From positions 2,496,001 to 2,560,000 of the forward strand of contig OZ252299.1 in NCBI GenBank assembly GCA_965250285.1: DNA of 64,000 nucleotides, given 5' to 3'. The position numbers and the translations under genes were made by a program. Numbering within the stretch: the stretch's first letter is position 1; each line of letters begins with the position of its first letter. Source of the stretch: Myxococcota bacterium. GTDB lineage: Bacteria > Myxococcota_A > UBA9160 > UBA4427. This document shows positions 1-10,427 of the stretch, in pieces. Under the pieces are notes generated by a model. That model was not told where the DNA came from and searched no databases. It was given only the letters and a program-made list of their open reading frames with translations.

Positions 1-1
1 G

Positions 2-925
2 CCGCTGCGCTACTCGGTCAAGGAGGCGCCCTCCTACTCGATCGTCTCCTCGAACGCGCTCTGGCAAGACCCCGAACGCAAGGCCGAGGCGGCCGCGCTT
101 CGTCGAGACGAGACCGACGGCCATCGCTGCGGCCTCTACTTTCCGCAGGTGCTGCGCGACGCCCGGCGCATCGAGAGCGAGTACCCCGGGCTCTCACCCT
201 ACACGCCCGAATGCATGGACCAGCTCGGTGTGTCGCTCGCCCACCTCGAGTCGAAGTGCACGAATTTCTACGACTCGGCCGAGGTCGAACGGGTCTACTA
301 CCCCGAGATCGAGCAGCTGCTGCTCGACTTCTTCCCCGGCGCCACCGACGCGGTCGTCTACAACCACGATGTCTTCGACAAGGACTACGAGGGCGACCGC
401 ACCGAGGATCAGGCCGCGAAGAACCCGGGTGTGAACGCGGCGTATGCCAACGTCGTGCACAACGACCTGAACGACAACAGCGGGCGCGTGCGCTGCCGCG
501 AGCTCCTGACCCAGAACCTGCGCAACTTCGGACGCACGCTGCACTACACGGAGGCCGAGGCCGACGCGAAGATGTCGCGTCGCTTCATGTCGATCAACCT
601 CGCGAAGCCGATGGAGACGGTGCAGCAGAACCCGTTCGTGCTGTGCGCCTGGCCATCGTTCGCCGACCAGCCCTATGTCAACAACTATCGGGTGTATGAC
701 GACCGGGTCGGTGAGACGACGTACTTCATGCGCCGCGCCGAACACCAGTGGTACTGGATCCCGAACCAGACGCCGACCGAGGTGTCGATGCTCAAGTGCT
801 ACGACTCCGTGAAGGACGGGCGGGTCTCGCGCTGGTCGTTCCACTCGTCGAGCATCGACCCCACCGCCCCGAAGGACGCCCCCTGCAGAAAGAACCTCGT
901 CGTGCGCTCGTACGTCTTCTACTAG
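2..925 (+). CDS. CmcJ/NvfI-family (GA4 desaturase-like) oxidoreductase, 5'-truncated by window edge
   Basis: Frame open from position 2; motifs YYPEIE, VHND, KCYDS, FHSS..DPTAP.DAP.R typical of the family. Confidence 0.7.
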   Translation, partial: PLRYSVKEAPSYSIVSSNALWQDPERKAEAAALRRDETDGHRCGLYFPQVLRDARRIESEYPGLSPYTPECMDQLGVSLAHLESKCTNFYDSAEVERVYYPEIEQLLLDFFPGATDAVVYNHDVFDKDYEGDRTEDQAAKNPGVNAAYANVVHNDLNDNSGRVRCRELLTQNLRNFGRTLHYTEAEADAKMSRRFMSINLAKPMETVQQNPFVLCAWPSFADQPYVNNYRVYDDRVGETTYFMRRAEHQWYWIPNQTPTEVSMLKCYDSVKDGRVSRWSFHSSSIDPTAPKDAPCRKNLVVRSYVFY

Positions 926-1189
926 CTCGCGGTCGATGACGGCTCGTCCGAACAGGCCCGTTCGCGCGCGGGGTCGGCGCGATTTCGAGGGCGTGTACCC
1001 CGTCTTGATTCGATGAAGATTGTGGAGACCCGGGCTCGCCGCGCGTCAATCGCGGCGGCGCTCGCGAATTCGAACCGGGCTGCAATCGACCCGGCTCGTG
1101 CGCACGGCTCCTCGAGAATCCGCAGACTTTGGCTTGCGCGCGCTCGCTTTCGATAGAACTGCCGCGCCAGCTGTGTCAATTTGGTGACG

Positions 1190-2119
1190 ATGGCGAGTCG
1201 AAAGATCCGACATGATCTCGAGCTGAGCTCGGGCGAGACGACCTTCGTCCGCGAGTACGCTCCGCTGCACGCGCGCAGCAGCGACGTCCCGACCGTCTTC
1301 TTGCTGCACGGCCTCGGCTCGACCGCCCGCCTCGACTGGGGCCCCGCGTTCCGTCCGCTGGCCGAACACTTCCGCGTCGTGAGCCTCGATCATCGCGGTC
1401 ACGGACGCGGACCGCGGGCCGATCGCTTCTGCCTCAGACGGTGCGCCGACGATGTGGCGGAGGTCGCTGACGCGCTCGGCATCGAGCGCTTCATCGCGGC
1501 CGGCTGGTCGATGGGGGGCCCGATCGCCTGCTTGACCTGGCAACGTCACCGTCGACGCCTCGATGGTCTGGTCTTGTGCGCAACCGGTCGGCACTTCGTC
1601 CCAAAGGTGGCGGCCCGCGCAGCGCGACTCGCCCTCCCCGCAGCAGTGGGCCTCGCTCGCGTCCTGCCCGACGCGGCCCGCAACCAGCTCATCCACCAGA
1701 CCCTGACCCGTGTGCCCAGCGACGAGAGGCGCCGAAGGCGCGTGCAGCGCGAGTACGCCGGCCACGATCCGGCCTGTGTGCTCGACGCGTTTCGCGAGCT
1801 CACGCGCTACGCAGCGCACGATTGGGTGCGTGAGATCGATGTGCCGTCGGCCTCGATCGTCACGCGCCAGGACCGACTCGTTCCGGCGAGCAAGCAGCTT
1901 CGTCTGGCCGCCGCCATCCCCGACACGGCCGTCTTCGAAATCGACGGCGATCACAGCGCGTGCGTGACGCAGACCGATGTGTTCGTGCCGGCGCTGGTCG
2001 AGGCATGCCTGAACGTGTCGGCGCGCAGCCGAGCCGGGCGGGTCTCGCGCCGCCGCATGCGGCGCGTCGACGACACAAAGCGACGGGGCGAGCGGGTCGA
2101 GCGAGCCCGCGCCGTCTGA
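1190..2119 (+). CDS. Alpha/beta fold hydrolase
   Basis: LLHGLG oxyanion motif, DHRGHG, nucleophile elbow GWSMGG, C-terminal GDH. Confidence 0.85.
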   Translation: MASRKIRHDLELSSGETTFVREYAPLHARSSDVPTVFLLHGLGSTARLDWGPAFRPLAEHFRVVSLDHRGHGRGPRADRFCLRRCADDVAEVADALGIERFIAAGWSMGGPIACLTWQRHRRRLDGLVLCATGRHFVPKVAARAARLALPAAVGLARVLPDAARNQLIHQTLTRVPSDERRRRRVQREYAGHDPACVLDAFRELTRYAAHDWVREIDVPSASIVTRQDRLVPASKQLRLAAAIPDTAVFEIDGDHSACVTQTDVFVPALVEACLNVSARSRAGRVSRRRMRRVDDTKRRGERVERARAV

Positions 2120-2251
2120 CGCACCGCGACCGGAGCAGGTCGGTGTTCAGGCCAGCGATTCGCAGTGCGGTCGACCGCGACGCTCCGAGCTTCGGTCATG
2201 ATCGACTCGGCAAGTCAGATCGCCGGCGTGAACCACGTCCGGCGCCGAGGC

Positions 2252-2710
2252 ATGCTGACGAGCGTGCCTGACTCGCTTCTCACGACGCGGCGGCGGCGCC
2301 CGTGGTGGGCGACCTCGATGGCCGCATTCTGTGCCGCGACCGTCCTCTTTCTGATCTACCGCGACCTCACGATCCCGCACGTCCGCAACACGGAGGTCTG
2401 GTTCGGATTCGAGGTGACGGGCGCGCTCGCCTGGGCGACGGCCCCGCTGCACTGGGCGTTCTTTGCGATCGGCGCCTGGGGCTACTGGCGGGGCGCGCCG
2501 TGGATCTGGCCCGGGGCCTCGGTCTATGCCTTCTACATTGCCGTCAGCCACCTCATCTGGAACCTCACCAGTCCGCATGGCGAAGGATGGAGCGCGGGGC
2601 TCTGGCAGCTCGCCCTCTTCAGCGTACCGGCCGTGGCGCTGCTCTTCGCGCGACCGTCGGCCGAGAGAGCCGCTCGGTCGCGACAGCGGTCCTCGCAGCG
2701 CCCGGGCTGA
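2252..2710 (+). CDS. Hypothetical membrane protein (~4 TM)
   Basis: Four hydrophobic Trp-rich segments; start uncertain (2165-2252). Confidence 0.55.
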   Translation: MLTSVPDSLLTTRRRRPWWATSMAAFCAATVLFLIYRDLTIPHVRNTEVWFGFEVTGALAWATAPLHWAFFAIGAWGYWRGAPWIWPGASVYAFYIAVSHLIWNLTSPHGEGWSAGLWQLALFSVPAVALLFARPSAERAARSRQRSSQRPG

Positions 2711-2866
2711 AGACTCGTTCGGGTCTCGGCGCGCTGAACCCGACGACATCGCGGGGCGACCCGCCATTGCCATGCAGCGCGCCTGCGCCCAGACTCCCCG
2801 GATCGTCGCGCGGTCCGGCACCCCGCTCGGCCCGCGCATCCTCACCGGAGATCGCAGGAGCCCGCC

Positions 2867-3487
2867 ATGATCAAGCTCTACGGCTTGCGTTTCAGCAACT
2901 ACTACAGCCTCACCAAGGCCATCCTCCTCGAGAAGGGGCTCGAGTTCGAGGAGGTGAAGGCGCCGCCGTCCCAGGACGAGGCGTATCTCGAGCGCTCGCC
3001 GATGGGCAAGATGCCGGCCATCGAAGTGGACGGTCGCTACCTGAGTGAATCGCTCGCCATCGCCTCGTACCTCGAGCGCATTGCGCCTGAACCGGCCCTT
3101 CTGCCGAGCGACCCCTTCGAAGCGGGCAAAGTGATCGAGCTCTCGTGCCACCTCAAGCTCGACGTCGAGCTCGTGGCGCGGCGCCTGCTTCCTCAGGTGC
3201 TCTTCAACAAGCCCGTGAGCGACGAGACCAAGGATCAGGTGCGCGCCGATCTGGCCAAGGGCATGAAGGCGGTCGAGCGTCTACTCGTCTGCTCGCCCTA
3301 CGCCGCCGGCGATTCAATCACGCTCGCCGACTTCTACGCCCAGTACACGTTCGGCGCAGCCTCGCTCTTCGCCAAGCAGGTGCTCGACCTCGATCTGCTG
3401 GCCGACCACCCGCGCGTGACCGAGCTGCTCGCGCGGCTGGCGAAGCATCCGAGCATCGCGCGCGTGAGCGAGGAGGCCGCGGGCTGA
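2867..3487 (+). CDS. Glutathione S-transferase family protein
   Basis: SNYY N-terminus, SPMGKMP, LSESLAI, ITLAD motifs; AGGAG RBS. Confidence 0.9.
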   Translation: MIKLYGLRFSNYYSLTKAILLEKGLEFEEVKAPPSQDEAYLERSPMGKMPAIEVDGRYLSESLAIASYLERIAPEPALLPSDPFEAGKVIELSCHLKLDVELVARRLLPQVLFNKPVSDETKDQVRADLAKGMKAVERLLVCSPYAAGDSITLADFYAQYTFGAASLFAKQVLDLDLLADHPRVTELLARLAKHPSIARVSEEAAG

Positions 3488-3541
3488 AGAGGGGCGCGCA
3501 CCCGCCACGCTGGGTGCGGCGACATGTGACGGTCGGCGCCG

Positions 3542-4666
3542 CTAGAGCCAGACCTCGAGGTTGCCCTGGCGACCGATCTCGCGATCGATGCGTGCGTCGA
3601 GCACGGGGGCCATCCCGCTGCGTTCGAGCACGTCGTCGACGGCGGCTCGGGCGCCGGCATCGAGCGCTGCGTACGCGTCCTGCACGCGCTTGAGCAGATA
3701 GAAGCGGTAGGGCTGCGCCAGGGCGCGGATCGTCTTGCCCCGAAGCTCGAACTCGGCGTGACCCGCACCCCGTGCGCACTCGGTGCCTGGCGCGAGCTCA
3801 TCTTGCCTGCCCAGCCAGGCGTTGATCGCCTCGGCCGCCGCAAGCGTCTCGGGGACGAAGTCTTCGGCGAGTGCAGCGAGCACCTCGATCAACGTCTCCG
3901 GTATCTCGTCTGCCCCCAGGTAGCTCTCCTCCTGGCGATCCATCCCGAGCAGATCGGCCTCGCGCCGGTTCATGCGCTCCACCCACCGAAAGACCCGCGG
4001 GCTCTTTGTCTGCATCAGAGCGAGGGGCTTCGGGTCGCGGCCGAGATGACCGAAGAGCGGCGCGATCATGCCGAAATCCCCAATACACGGGCGTCCCCCC
4101 AGCAGGTACGCGTGCGACTCGAAGTGACGATCGAGTGCACCGAGCTGGTCCGCATAGACGTCTTCGACGAGGCGTCCATTCTCGGACGTGACGCCGAATT
4201 GCGACGTCGCCTGCCTCATCGCCTCGATGATCCCGCGCGCCATCTTCCTTCCGCCCTCGCCCGGCGGCGTCATCATGCCCATGTGGAACTCGAGAAACGC
4301 GAGGTTTTCGGCGTCGAAGTTCCAGCGGTAGTGCATGGCCGGGCGCAGCAGCCCTTCGGCCCCGATGACGTCGAAGAGGCGGCTCACGAGCTGCTGCTTC
4401 GGCGTGGCCGGCGAGAAGGCGTGACCCGATTCGGCTTCGAAGTGGTCGATGATCGCCGCGCCATCGCGAATCACGCGACCATCGGTGAGCTCGATGGTCG
4501 GCATGCCCAGGCGTCCGCCCGCGAGCGGCAAGACCGTCTTCAGAAAGTGCTCGGTCTTGGGCGCACACTCGCGGTAGGTGACGCCCCTCTTGATCAGATA
4601 GCTGCGCGCACGGCCTGCGTAGAGCGAATGCGGTACGGCATACAACGTCGCGGGCTGCGCTTTCAT
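3542..4666 (-). CDS. Long GST-family protein (GST N-terminal domain-containing)
   Basis: HSLYAGRARSYL, MPTI...IRDGAAII, YLLGGRPCIGDF; start at MKAQP after GGAGA. Confidence 0.85.
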   Translation of the reverse strand: MKAQPATLYAVPHSLYAGRARSYLIKRGVTYRECAPKTEHFLKTVLPLAGGRLGMPTIELTDGRVIRDGAAIIDHFEAESGHAFSPATPKQQLVSRLFDVIGAEGLLRPAMHYRWNFDAENLAFLEFHMGMMTPPGEGGRKMARGIIEAMRQATSQFGVTSENGRLVEDVYADQLGALDRHFESHAYLLGGRPCIGDFGMIAPLFGHLGRDPKPLALMQTKSPRVFRWVERMNRREADLLGMDRQEESYLGADEIPETLIEVLAALAEDFVPETLAAAEAINAWLGRQDELAPGTECARGAGHAEFELRGKTIRALAQPYRFYLLKRVQDAYAALDAGARAAVDDVLERSGMAPVLDARIDREIGRQGNLEVWL

Positions 4667-4770
4667 CGATCTCTCCAGGTCGTCGGGCGAAACAGCGTGC
4701 CGCAGACGGTATGGCCGACGCTGGCGCACGTCCATCCAGGTGAGGCGATGCCGAGCCCCGGGGCCGCGGC

Positions 4771-5433
4771 TCAGCTCTGCCCCTCGTCTTGCAGGCTCTG
4801 CCCGACGAGTGCGCGCACCGTGCCCTCCAAACGCTTCTCGGCGTGTGCGTCGGAGCCGAACCACGATGCGAGCTCCAAGGCGACGTGACCGTGGGTGGTC
4901 GACCAGGCTGCGCGGGCGAGCGCCTCGCCGTTCGGGAACGAGCGCTGGGCCGCATCCGAGGCCTCGAAAGCGCGTGCCGCGCACGCTTGCACGACCTGAA
5001 AGCTCTTCAACGCGACGCGCTGGCTCGCAGCGCTCGGCTCGAAGCCGGCGTCGCGTCCGAACATCAGCGCGTAGAGCTCGCGGTGCTCGAGCGCAAAGCG
5101 TCGGTAGACCAGGGCCAGGTTCGCAAGGTCGCCCGGGGCCGAGTCGCTCGGCGGCAGGGCAAGGCATGCCGCCTCCAAGCTCTCGAAGCCGCTCTCGAAC
5201 AGCGCACCGAGAAGCCCCTGCTTGCCGCCGAACAGCGTGTACACGAGCTGGTACGACGTCCCGAGCTCTCGGGCGAGGCGCCGGACCGAGAGCGCCTCGA
5301 CGCCCTCCTCCTCGAGCAGACGCTTCGCCGTGGCGAGCACGACGGCCCGGTCGTGCCGGTCGACGTTCGGGTTTCGGCGCTGGCCGCGACGCGACCGAAC
5401 GCGGGCGTCGCCCTCCGCTGCTTCGTCTGCCAT
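4771..5433 (-). CDS. TetR/AcrR-family regulator (WHG-type C-terminus)
   Basis: HTH LSVRRLARELGTS...VYTLFGGK; WSTTHGH; divergent from the carotenoid oxygenase. Confidence 0.9.
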   Translation of the reverse strand: MADEAAEGDARVRSRRGQRRNPNVDRHDRAVVLATAKRLLEEEGVEALSVRRLARELGTSYQLVYTLFGGKQGLLGALFESGFESLEAACLALPPSDSAPGDLANLALVYRRFALEHRELYALMFGRDAGFEPSAASQRVALKSFQVVQACAARAFEASDAAQRSFPNGEALARAAWSTTHGHVALELASWFGSDAHAEKRLEGTVRALVGQSLQDEGQS

Positions 5434-5443
5434 TGCGATCATG

Positions 5444-5474
5444 ATATGACAGTGTAATATGACGGTGTCATATT
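5444..5474. promoter_or_regulatory. Two overlapping palindromic TetR-type operators
   Basis: ATATGAC-agt-GTAATAT (5444-5460) and AATATGAC-ggt-GTCATATT (5456-5474) between divergent tetR and oxygenase. Confidence 0.75.
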
Positions 5475-5495
5475 CGGCAAGGCTAGGAGGCAGCC

Positions 5496-6839
5496 ATGGA
5501 AAGTCGATGGATTTCAGGCGCTTACAGGCCGCGGACAGACGAGGTCGTCGAGCGCAATCTGAGGGTGACGGGTGAGCTGCCGCGCGAGCTCGCAGGGCGC
5601 TTGGTGCGCATCAGCCCGAATCCGCCCGGCCGCGTCGGGTCCGACTACGAGTGGTTCGCCGGCGCGGGCATGGTGCACGCGGTGCGACTCGAAGATGGCC
5701 GTGCCCTCGAGTACCGAAACCGCTGGGTGCGCACGCCCGAGGTCTCGCGCGCGCTCGGCGAAGCACCGCTCTGCGACCCCCTTCCCTTCTTCGACACGGC
5801 CAACACCCACGTGATCCCGTTCGGGGGCGAGCTGCTGGCCATGACCGAGACGTGTCTTCCCTACCGGCTCGACCTCGATCTGGCGACGCTCGGGCGCGAG
5901 GACTTCGGCGCCATCGAACGATTCACGGCGCACCCCCACGTCGACCCCGTGACCGGCGAGCTCCACGCCGTGGGGTACGCGGCCGACGACGAGCCGCTCA
6001 CGACCTACTGGGTCATCGACAGCGATGGCAAGGCCCGGCAGAAGCGAGACGTCTCGCTCGCCGCCTCCGCCTTCGTGCACGACTTCGCGTTGACGCGACG
6101 CCATGTGGTCTTCTACGACCTCCCCCTCCGGTTCCATCCCGGTGACGCTGCCGCGGGGAAGACGATCCCGTACCGCTGGGATACATCGGGCTCGGCTCAC
6201 ATCGGTGTGCTGCGACGCGATCGACTCGACGATCCCGTTCGCTGGATCGAGATCGAGCCTTGCTGGATCTTCCACACGCTCAACGCGTACGACGGCCCCG
6301 ACGACGAGATCGTGATCGATCTCGTGCGCTTCGACCGATTCTACGACCAGGACCGAACGGGGCCCGGCGACCCGTTCCCCCCGTCGCTGCACCGGTTCAC
6401 GATCGATGCCGGACGAACCCGGGTCGCCGATGAACCGGTCGACGAGCGACCGCAGGAGTTTCCGCGCCTCGACGAGCGCTTCTTCACACGGCGGCACCGC
6501 TACGGCTACACGACCCAGCTGCTCGACGCCGATGCCCGCGGCGGCGTTCTGCTGCACGATTTCGTGGGCGCCGAGAGCGCCCAGTGGCTCACCGAGCCCG
6601 GCGAACGCATGAGCGAAGTCGTCTTCGTCGCCCGCTCGGAGACAGCGCGCGAAGGCGAAGGCTGGCTTCTCGGCCTGCGCACCGGGGGCCAATCCGCCGG
6701 CGCGGAGCTCCTCGTCTTCGAGGCCGAAGCATTGAGCGAGGGCCCGGTTGCGCGTGTCGAGATCCCCCACCGGATCCCGGTGGATGTCCATGGCAGCTGG
6801 GTCTCGGCCTCGAACCCGGGCGGCGGGTGCTGGCGATGA
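5496..6839 (+). CDS. Carotenoid oxygenase family (RPE65-like) dioxygenase
   Basis: NTHV, FTAHP, FVHDF, IFHTLNAY, EFPR, SE.VFV, HGSW iron-ligand His motifs. Confidence 0.92.
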   Translation: MESRWISGAYRPRTDEVVERNLRVTGELPRELAGRLVRISPNPPGRVGSDYEWFAGAGMVHAVRLEDGRALEYRNRWVRTPEVSRALGEAPLCDPLPFFDTANTHVIPFGGELLAMTETCLPYRLDLDLATLGREDFGAIERFTAHPHVDPVTGELHAVGYAADDEPLTTYWVIDSDGKARQKRDVSLAASAFVHDFALTRRHVVFYDLPLRFHPGDAAAGKTIPYRWDTSGSAHIGVLRRDRLDDPVRWIEIEPCWIFHTLNAYDGPDDEIVIDLVRFDRFYDQDRTGPGDPFPPSLHRFTIDAGRTRVADEPVDERPQEFPRLDERFFTRRHRYGYTTQLLDADARGGVLLHDFVGAESAQWLTEPGERMSEVVFVARSETAREGEGWLLGLRTGGQSAGAELLVFEAEALSEGPVARVEIPHRIPVDVHGSWVSASNPGGGCWR

Positions 6840-7558
6840 TCGAACCGACCTCGAGCGACACGGCGATCCCGATCCCGCCGCCGCGCGCGCTCGCGGGCGA
6901 GCTGACCGGCCTGCTCGAGCTCGCGCGTCTCGGCTACGCGTTTCGGAGCTTGCTGCGCGAGCCTCGCGGCGACGGATCGGTCGTCTTCGTGCTGCCCGGA
7001 TTCGGCGCGGACGACCGATCGACGTGGCCACTGCGGCAGTTCTTGGGCGCCCTGGGCTACGACGCGCGCGGCTGGAGTCGGGGCGCCAACCGAGCCGATG
7101 TGCCCGATTCGATCGAAGCCATCGGCGCACACGTGCAGCACACCGCTGAGCAGCTGGGCGCACCCGTCTCACTGATCGGCTGGAGTCTCGGCGGATACAT
7201 CGCGCGCGAGATCGCTCGCGATCGACCGCACGTCGTTCGCCGCGTCGTCACCTTCGGCAGCCCGGTGATCGGCGGGCCCAAGTACACCACCATCGCGCCA
7301 CTCGCCTCTCTGCAAGGCTGGGATCTCGACGAGATCGAGGCCATGGTCGAGGCGCGAAAGGCGGTGCCGCTTCGCGTGCCGGTGACCGCCATCTACAGCC
7401 GCCGCGACCGTGTCGTGGCTTGGCAGGCCTGCGTCGATTCGGAGGGAGGCGCCCCGATCGAGCACGTCGAGGTCGATTCGACGCATCTGGGTCTCGGGTT
7501 CAGCCCGACCGTCTACCGCCTCGTCGCCCGGGCGCTCTCGGCCGAGAAGCGAGGCTGA
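6836..7558 (+). CDS. Alpha/beta hydrolase (esterase/lipase, PGAP1-like)
   Basis: VLPGFGADD, GWSLGG, YSRRDRVV, THLGL; ATGA overlap with upstream gene. Confidence 0.85.
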   Translation: MIEPTSSDTAIPIPPPRALAGELTGLLELARLGYAFRSLLREPRGDGSVVFVLPGFGADDRSTWPLRQFLGALGYDARGWSRGANRADVPDSIEAIGAHVQHTAEQLGAPVSLIGWSLGGYIAREIARDRPHVVRRVVTFGSPVIGGPKYTTIAPLASLQGWDLDEIEAMVEARKAVPLRVPVTAIYSRRDRVVAWQACVDSEGGAPIEHVEVDSTHLGLGFSPTVYRLVARALSAEKRG

Positions 7559-7642
7559 GCGGCCGCCCCCGACCCCGCGCGCGCTCGTTCACACGAGCCG
7601 CGCGCAGACGATCCAGCCGCTCGACGATCCCATCGATCTGAT

Positions 7643-7658
7643 GTATACGTCCGTATAC
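7643..7658. promoter_or_regulatory. Palindromic operator upstream of the flavoprotein-tetR operon
   Basis: GTATACG-tc-CGTATAC. Confidence 0.6.
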
Positions 7659-7698
7659 TTTTGGGATCCCCGTGGATCGGGCTCGAGAGAGGCGCGCG

Positions 7699-9306
7699 AT
7701 GGACCAGATCGGCGACATCTACCGCAGCAGCCGGGGCCTCCCCGGCCCCTGGGACGCCATCGTCATCGGATCGGGCATGGGCGGGCTGTCGGCCGCGTCG
7801 CTGCTCGCGCAGGACGGGCTTCGCGTGCTGCTGCTCGAGCAGAACCGGATCGTCGGCGGCTGCACGCAGAGCTACGAGCGCGGCGGCTATCGCTGGAACA
7901 TCGGCATGCACTACATCGGCGAGGTGCAGGCCGAGCACACGACGACGTGGCAGCTCTTCGATGCCGTGACCGGCGGCGGCATCGAGTGGAACGCACTGCC
8001 GCCGATCTACAACCGAATGGTGATTGGCGACCGAACGATCGAGATCCCGGCCGGCGCGGACGCCTACGCGGCCGCGTTGCAGCGGGCCTTTCCCGGTGAG
8101 GCCCAGGCCATCGAGCGCTACCTCACGCTCATCCGCCAGGTGCCCCGCACGGCCGGCCCCTATTTCGCGCAGAAGGCCCTGCCCTCCGACGTCGCCGAGA
8201 ACGTCTACGACGATCTGTGCGGCCCTTTCCATGAGTACGCCGACCGCTCGACCCTCGACGTGCTGTCCGAGCTCACGACCGATCCCGAGCTGATTGCGGT
8301 CTGGTGCGCAAACTGGGGCGACTACAGCCTGCCGCCGTCGCAGAGCTCGTTTGCGATGCACTGCATGTTGAACAAGCACTACCTCAACGGTGCGAGCTAC
8401 CCGACCGGGGGTGGCCTCGCTTTCGCACGCGCGATCGAGCCCATCGTCGAATCGGCCGGCGGCGCGATCGCGACGAGCGCCGAGGTCGATCGCATCCTCG
8501 TGCGCGAAGGCAGAGCGATCGGCGTGCGGCTCGCCTCGGGCGAAGAGGTCACGGCGCCGCTCGTGGTGAGCAATGCAGGCGTACAGAACACGTTCGGGAG
8601 GCTCCTCGACCCGGCCGACGCCGATGCACAGGGCCTCCGCAAGCACCTCGACGAGGTCGGCGACAGCTACGCACTGGTCGGTGTGAACGTGGGGCTCTCG
8701 AAGTCGGCCGCCGAGCTCGACATCGACCCAGCGAACGTGTGGGCCCACCCGAGCCACGACTTCGACGCGAACCTGGCCGCGCACGCCGCCGACTTCGACG
8801 CGCCCTTCCCCTTTCTCTTCGTAACGTTCCCGTCGGTGAAGGACCCGACCTGGGAGCGCGAGTTTCCCGGCAAGTCGACGGTCGAGATGTATGGCTACAC
8901 GCACTTCGAGCACTTCGAGGCCTGGCGCGGGACGTCCTGGCGACGCCGCGGCGCAGCCTACGAAGCGCGAAAGCGAGACATCGAGGGGCGCCTGCTCTCG
9001 GCGCTCTTCGATCTCGTTCCGAAGGCCCGAGACTGCGTCGATGTGACCGAGGTTTCGACGCCACTCAGCTACGAGACCTTTCTGAAGCGCGAGCGGGGCG
9101 GGTTCATGGGGGTCGAGGCTTCACCGGAGCGGTTCCGCGCGCAGTGGCTTCGCGCGCACACTCCGATCGGAGGCCTCTACCTCTCGGGCCAGGACGTCAC
9201 GACCGATGGCGTGATCGGGGCCCTCGTCGGGGGCGTGATCGCAGCGTCGGCCGTCCTCGAGCGCGATCTGCTCACCGAGATCCGCGCTCAGCGCTCGGCG
9301 GCGTAG
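7699..9306 (+). CDS. Phytoene desaturase / all-trans-retinol 13,14-reductase-like FAD oxidoreductase
   Basis: IGSGMGGL dinucleotide motif, GGCTQSY, GMHYIG, YPTGG, STPLS, GLYLSGQD. Confidence 0.88.
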   Translation: MDQIGDIYRSSRGLPGPWDAIVIGSGMGGLSAASLLAQDGLRVLLLEQNRIVGGCTQSYERGGYRWNIGMHYIGEVQAEHTTTWQLFDAVTGGGIEWNALPPIYNRMVIGDRTIEIPAGADAYAAALQRAFPGEAQAIERYLTLIRQVPRTAGPYFAQKALPSDVAENVYDDLCGPFHEYADRSTLDVLSELTTDPELIAVWCANWGDYSLPPSQSSFAMHCMLNKHYLNGASYPTGGGLAFARAIEPIVESAGGAIATSAEVDRILVREGRAIGVRLASGEEVTAPLVVSNAGVQNTFGRLLDPADADAQGLRKHLDEVGDSYALVGVNVGLSKSAAELDIDPANVWAHPSHDFDANLAAHAADFDAPFPFLFVTFPSVKDPTWEREFPGKSTVEMYGYTHFEHFEAWRGTSWRRRGAAYEARKRDIEGRLLSALFDLVPKARDCVDVTEVSTPLSYETFLKRERGGFMGVEASPERFRAQWLRAHTPIGGLYLSGQDVTTDGVIGALVGGVIAASAVLERDLLTEIRAQRSAA

Positions 9307-9313
9307 GACGCTC

Positions 9314-9907
9314 GTGGGACGGATCGCCGAAGGCGAAGCCCGCACCGTGATCCTGGCGCACGCGCGCGAGCTGTTTCTTCAGGAAGGCGCGCAGAACGTC
9401 TCGATGCGCCGCATCGCCAAGGCAGTCGGCGTCACGCCGATGGCGCTCTACCGGCACTTCGAGAGCAAGGAAGACCTGCAGATTCAGCTTCTGCGAGACG
9501 GGTTTCGCACCTTCGACGACTATCTCGCGCGAAGCGAATCGGGCGAGACAGCCGATGAGCGTCTGCTGCGACTCGTCGCCGGCTTCCGCGACTTCGCCCT
9601 CGACGAACCCGCCTACTTCGAGCTGATGTTCCTCTCGAGCCAGACCCCCGACGGCCTGCGAGATCGGCGCGAGGTGCGTCGCGTCGCGCGCCCGACGTTC
9701 CAGCGCCTGGTCGACTGTGTCGCGGCGTGCATTGCCTCACGCAGCCTGCTCGATCGCGGCGCCGAGCCGATCGCGCTCACGCTGCTCGCCCAGGCCACCG
9801 GCCTCGCGGCGCTGCATCGCTCGGGCACGTTTCGCTGGTCGAAGGCGGAGGCACGCCGACGCTTCGACGCATCGTTCGCCGCGACGCTCGACGCCTACCG
9901 CCCGTGA
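9314..9907 (+). CDS. TetR/AcrR-family regulator
   Basis: SMRRIAKAVGVTPMALYRHFESKEDL HTH. Confidence 0.9.
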   Translation: MGRIAEGEARTVILAHARELFLQEGAQNVSMRRIAKAVGVTPMALYRHFESKEDLQIQLLRDGFRTFDDYLARSESGETADERLLRLVAGFRDFALDEPAYFELMFLSSQTPDGLRDRREVRRVARPTFQRLVDCVAACIASRSLLDRGAEPIALTLLAQATGLAALHRSGTFRWSKAEARRRFDASFAATLDAYRP

Positions 9908-9954
9908 CGGCAAGCGAATCGACGGACGATCGCGCTTGGCGGGGGGCGCCCGCG

Positions 9955-10278
9955 CTAGCGCCGGGTGGCGGTCTTCAGGAGATAGACGAGCGGCGAGAAC
10001 ATCCCGACGACGAAGGCCGCGATGATCCACGGCCACGGGTTCTCTCCTCTGCTTCTCGCATCGCCGTAGATCCAGACGCAGATCACGGCGACGGCGATCA
10101 CCAGATCGGTGTAGATCTGAAGCGAGGCCCAGTTGAAGCGGATCGCGGCGAGCGTGCCGGGCAACCCGTCCGTCACCATGGCCACCCCGGTCAAAGCACT
10201 GAACAGCACCAGGGTCACGATGAGCAGCGTGCGTTGCGTCGGCGCGCTGAATGCGGTCGGTTGCGTCGTCTCGGTCAT
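9955..10278 (-). CDS. DUF2834-like small membrane protein
   Basis: QIYTDLVIA...WIYGDAR.RG..PWPW....PLVYL pattern. Confidence 0.7.
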   Translation of the reverse strand: MTETTQPTAFSAPTQRTLLIVTLVLFSALTGVAMVTDGLPGTLAAIRFNWASLQIYTDLVIAVAVICVWIYGDARSRGENPWPWIIAAFVVGMFSPLVYLLKTATRR

Positions 10279-10427
10279 TCTCTTCCTTCCTTGTCCGTCC
10301 GCCCCCTCCGAATCCAGGGGCGTCGGGGTCATCGGGCCGGGCACAGCGCCCGTCGGCGCTCAGCGACAGGGCCAACATCGGGCGGAGCGGCCGGCGAACG
10401 AGACCGATCGGCCGCCTCGCGACGCAC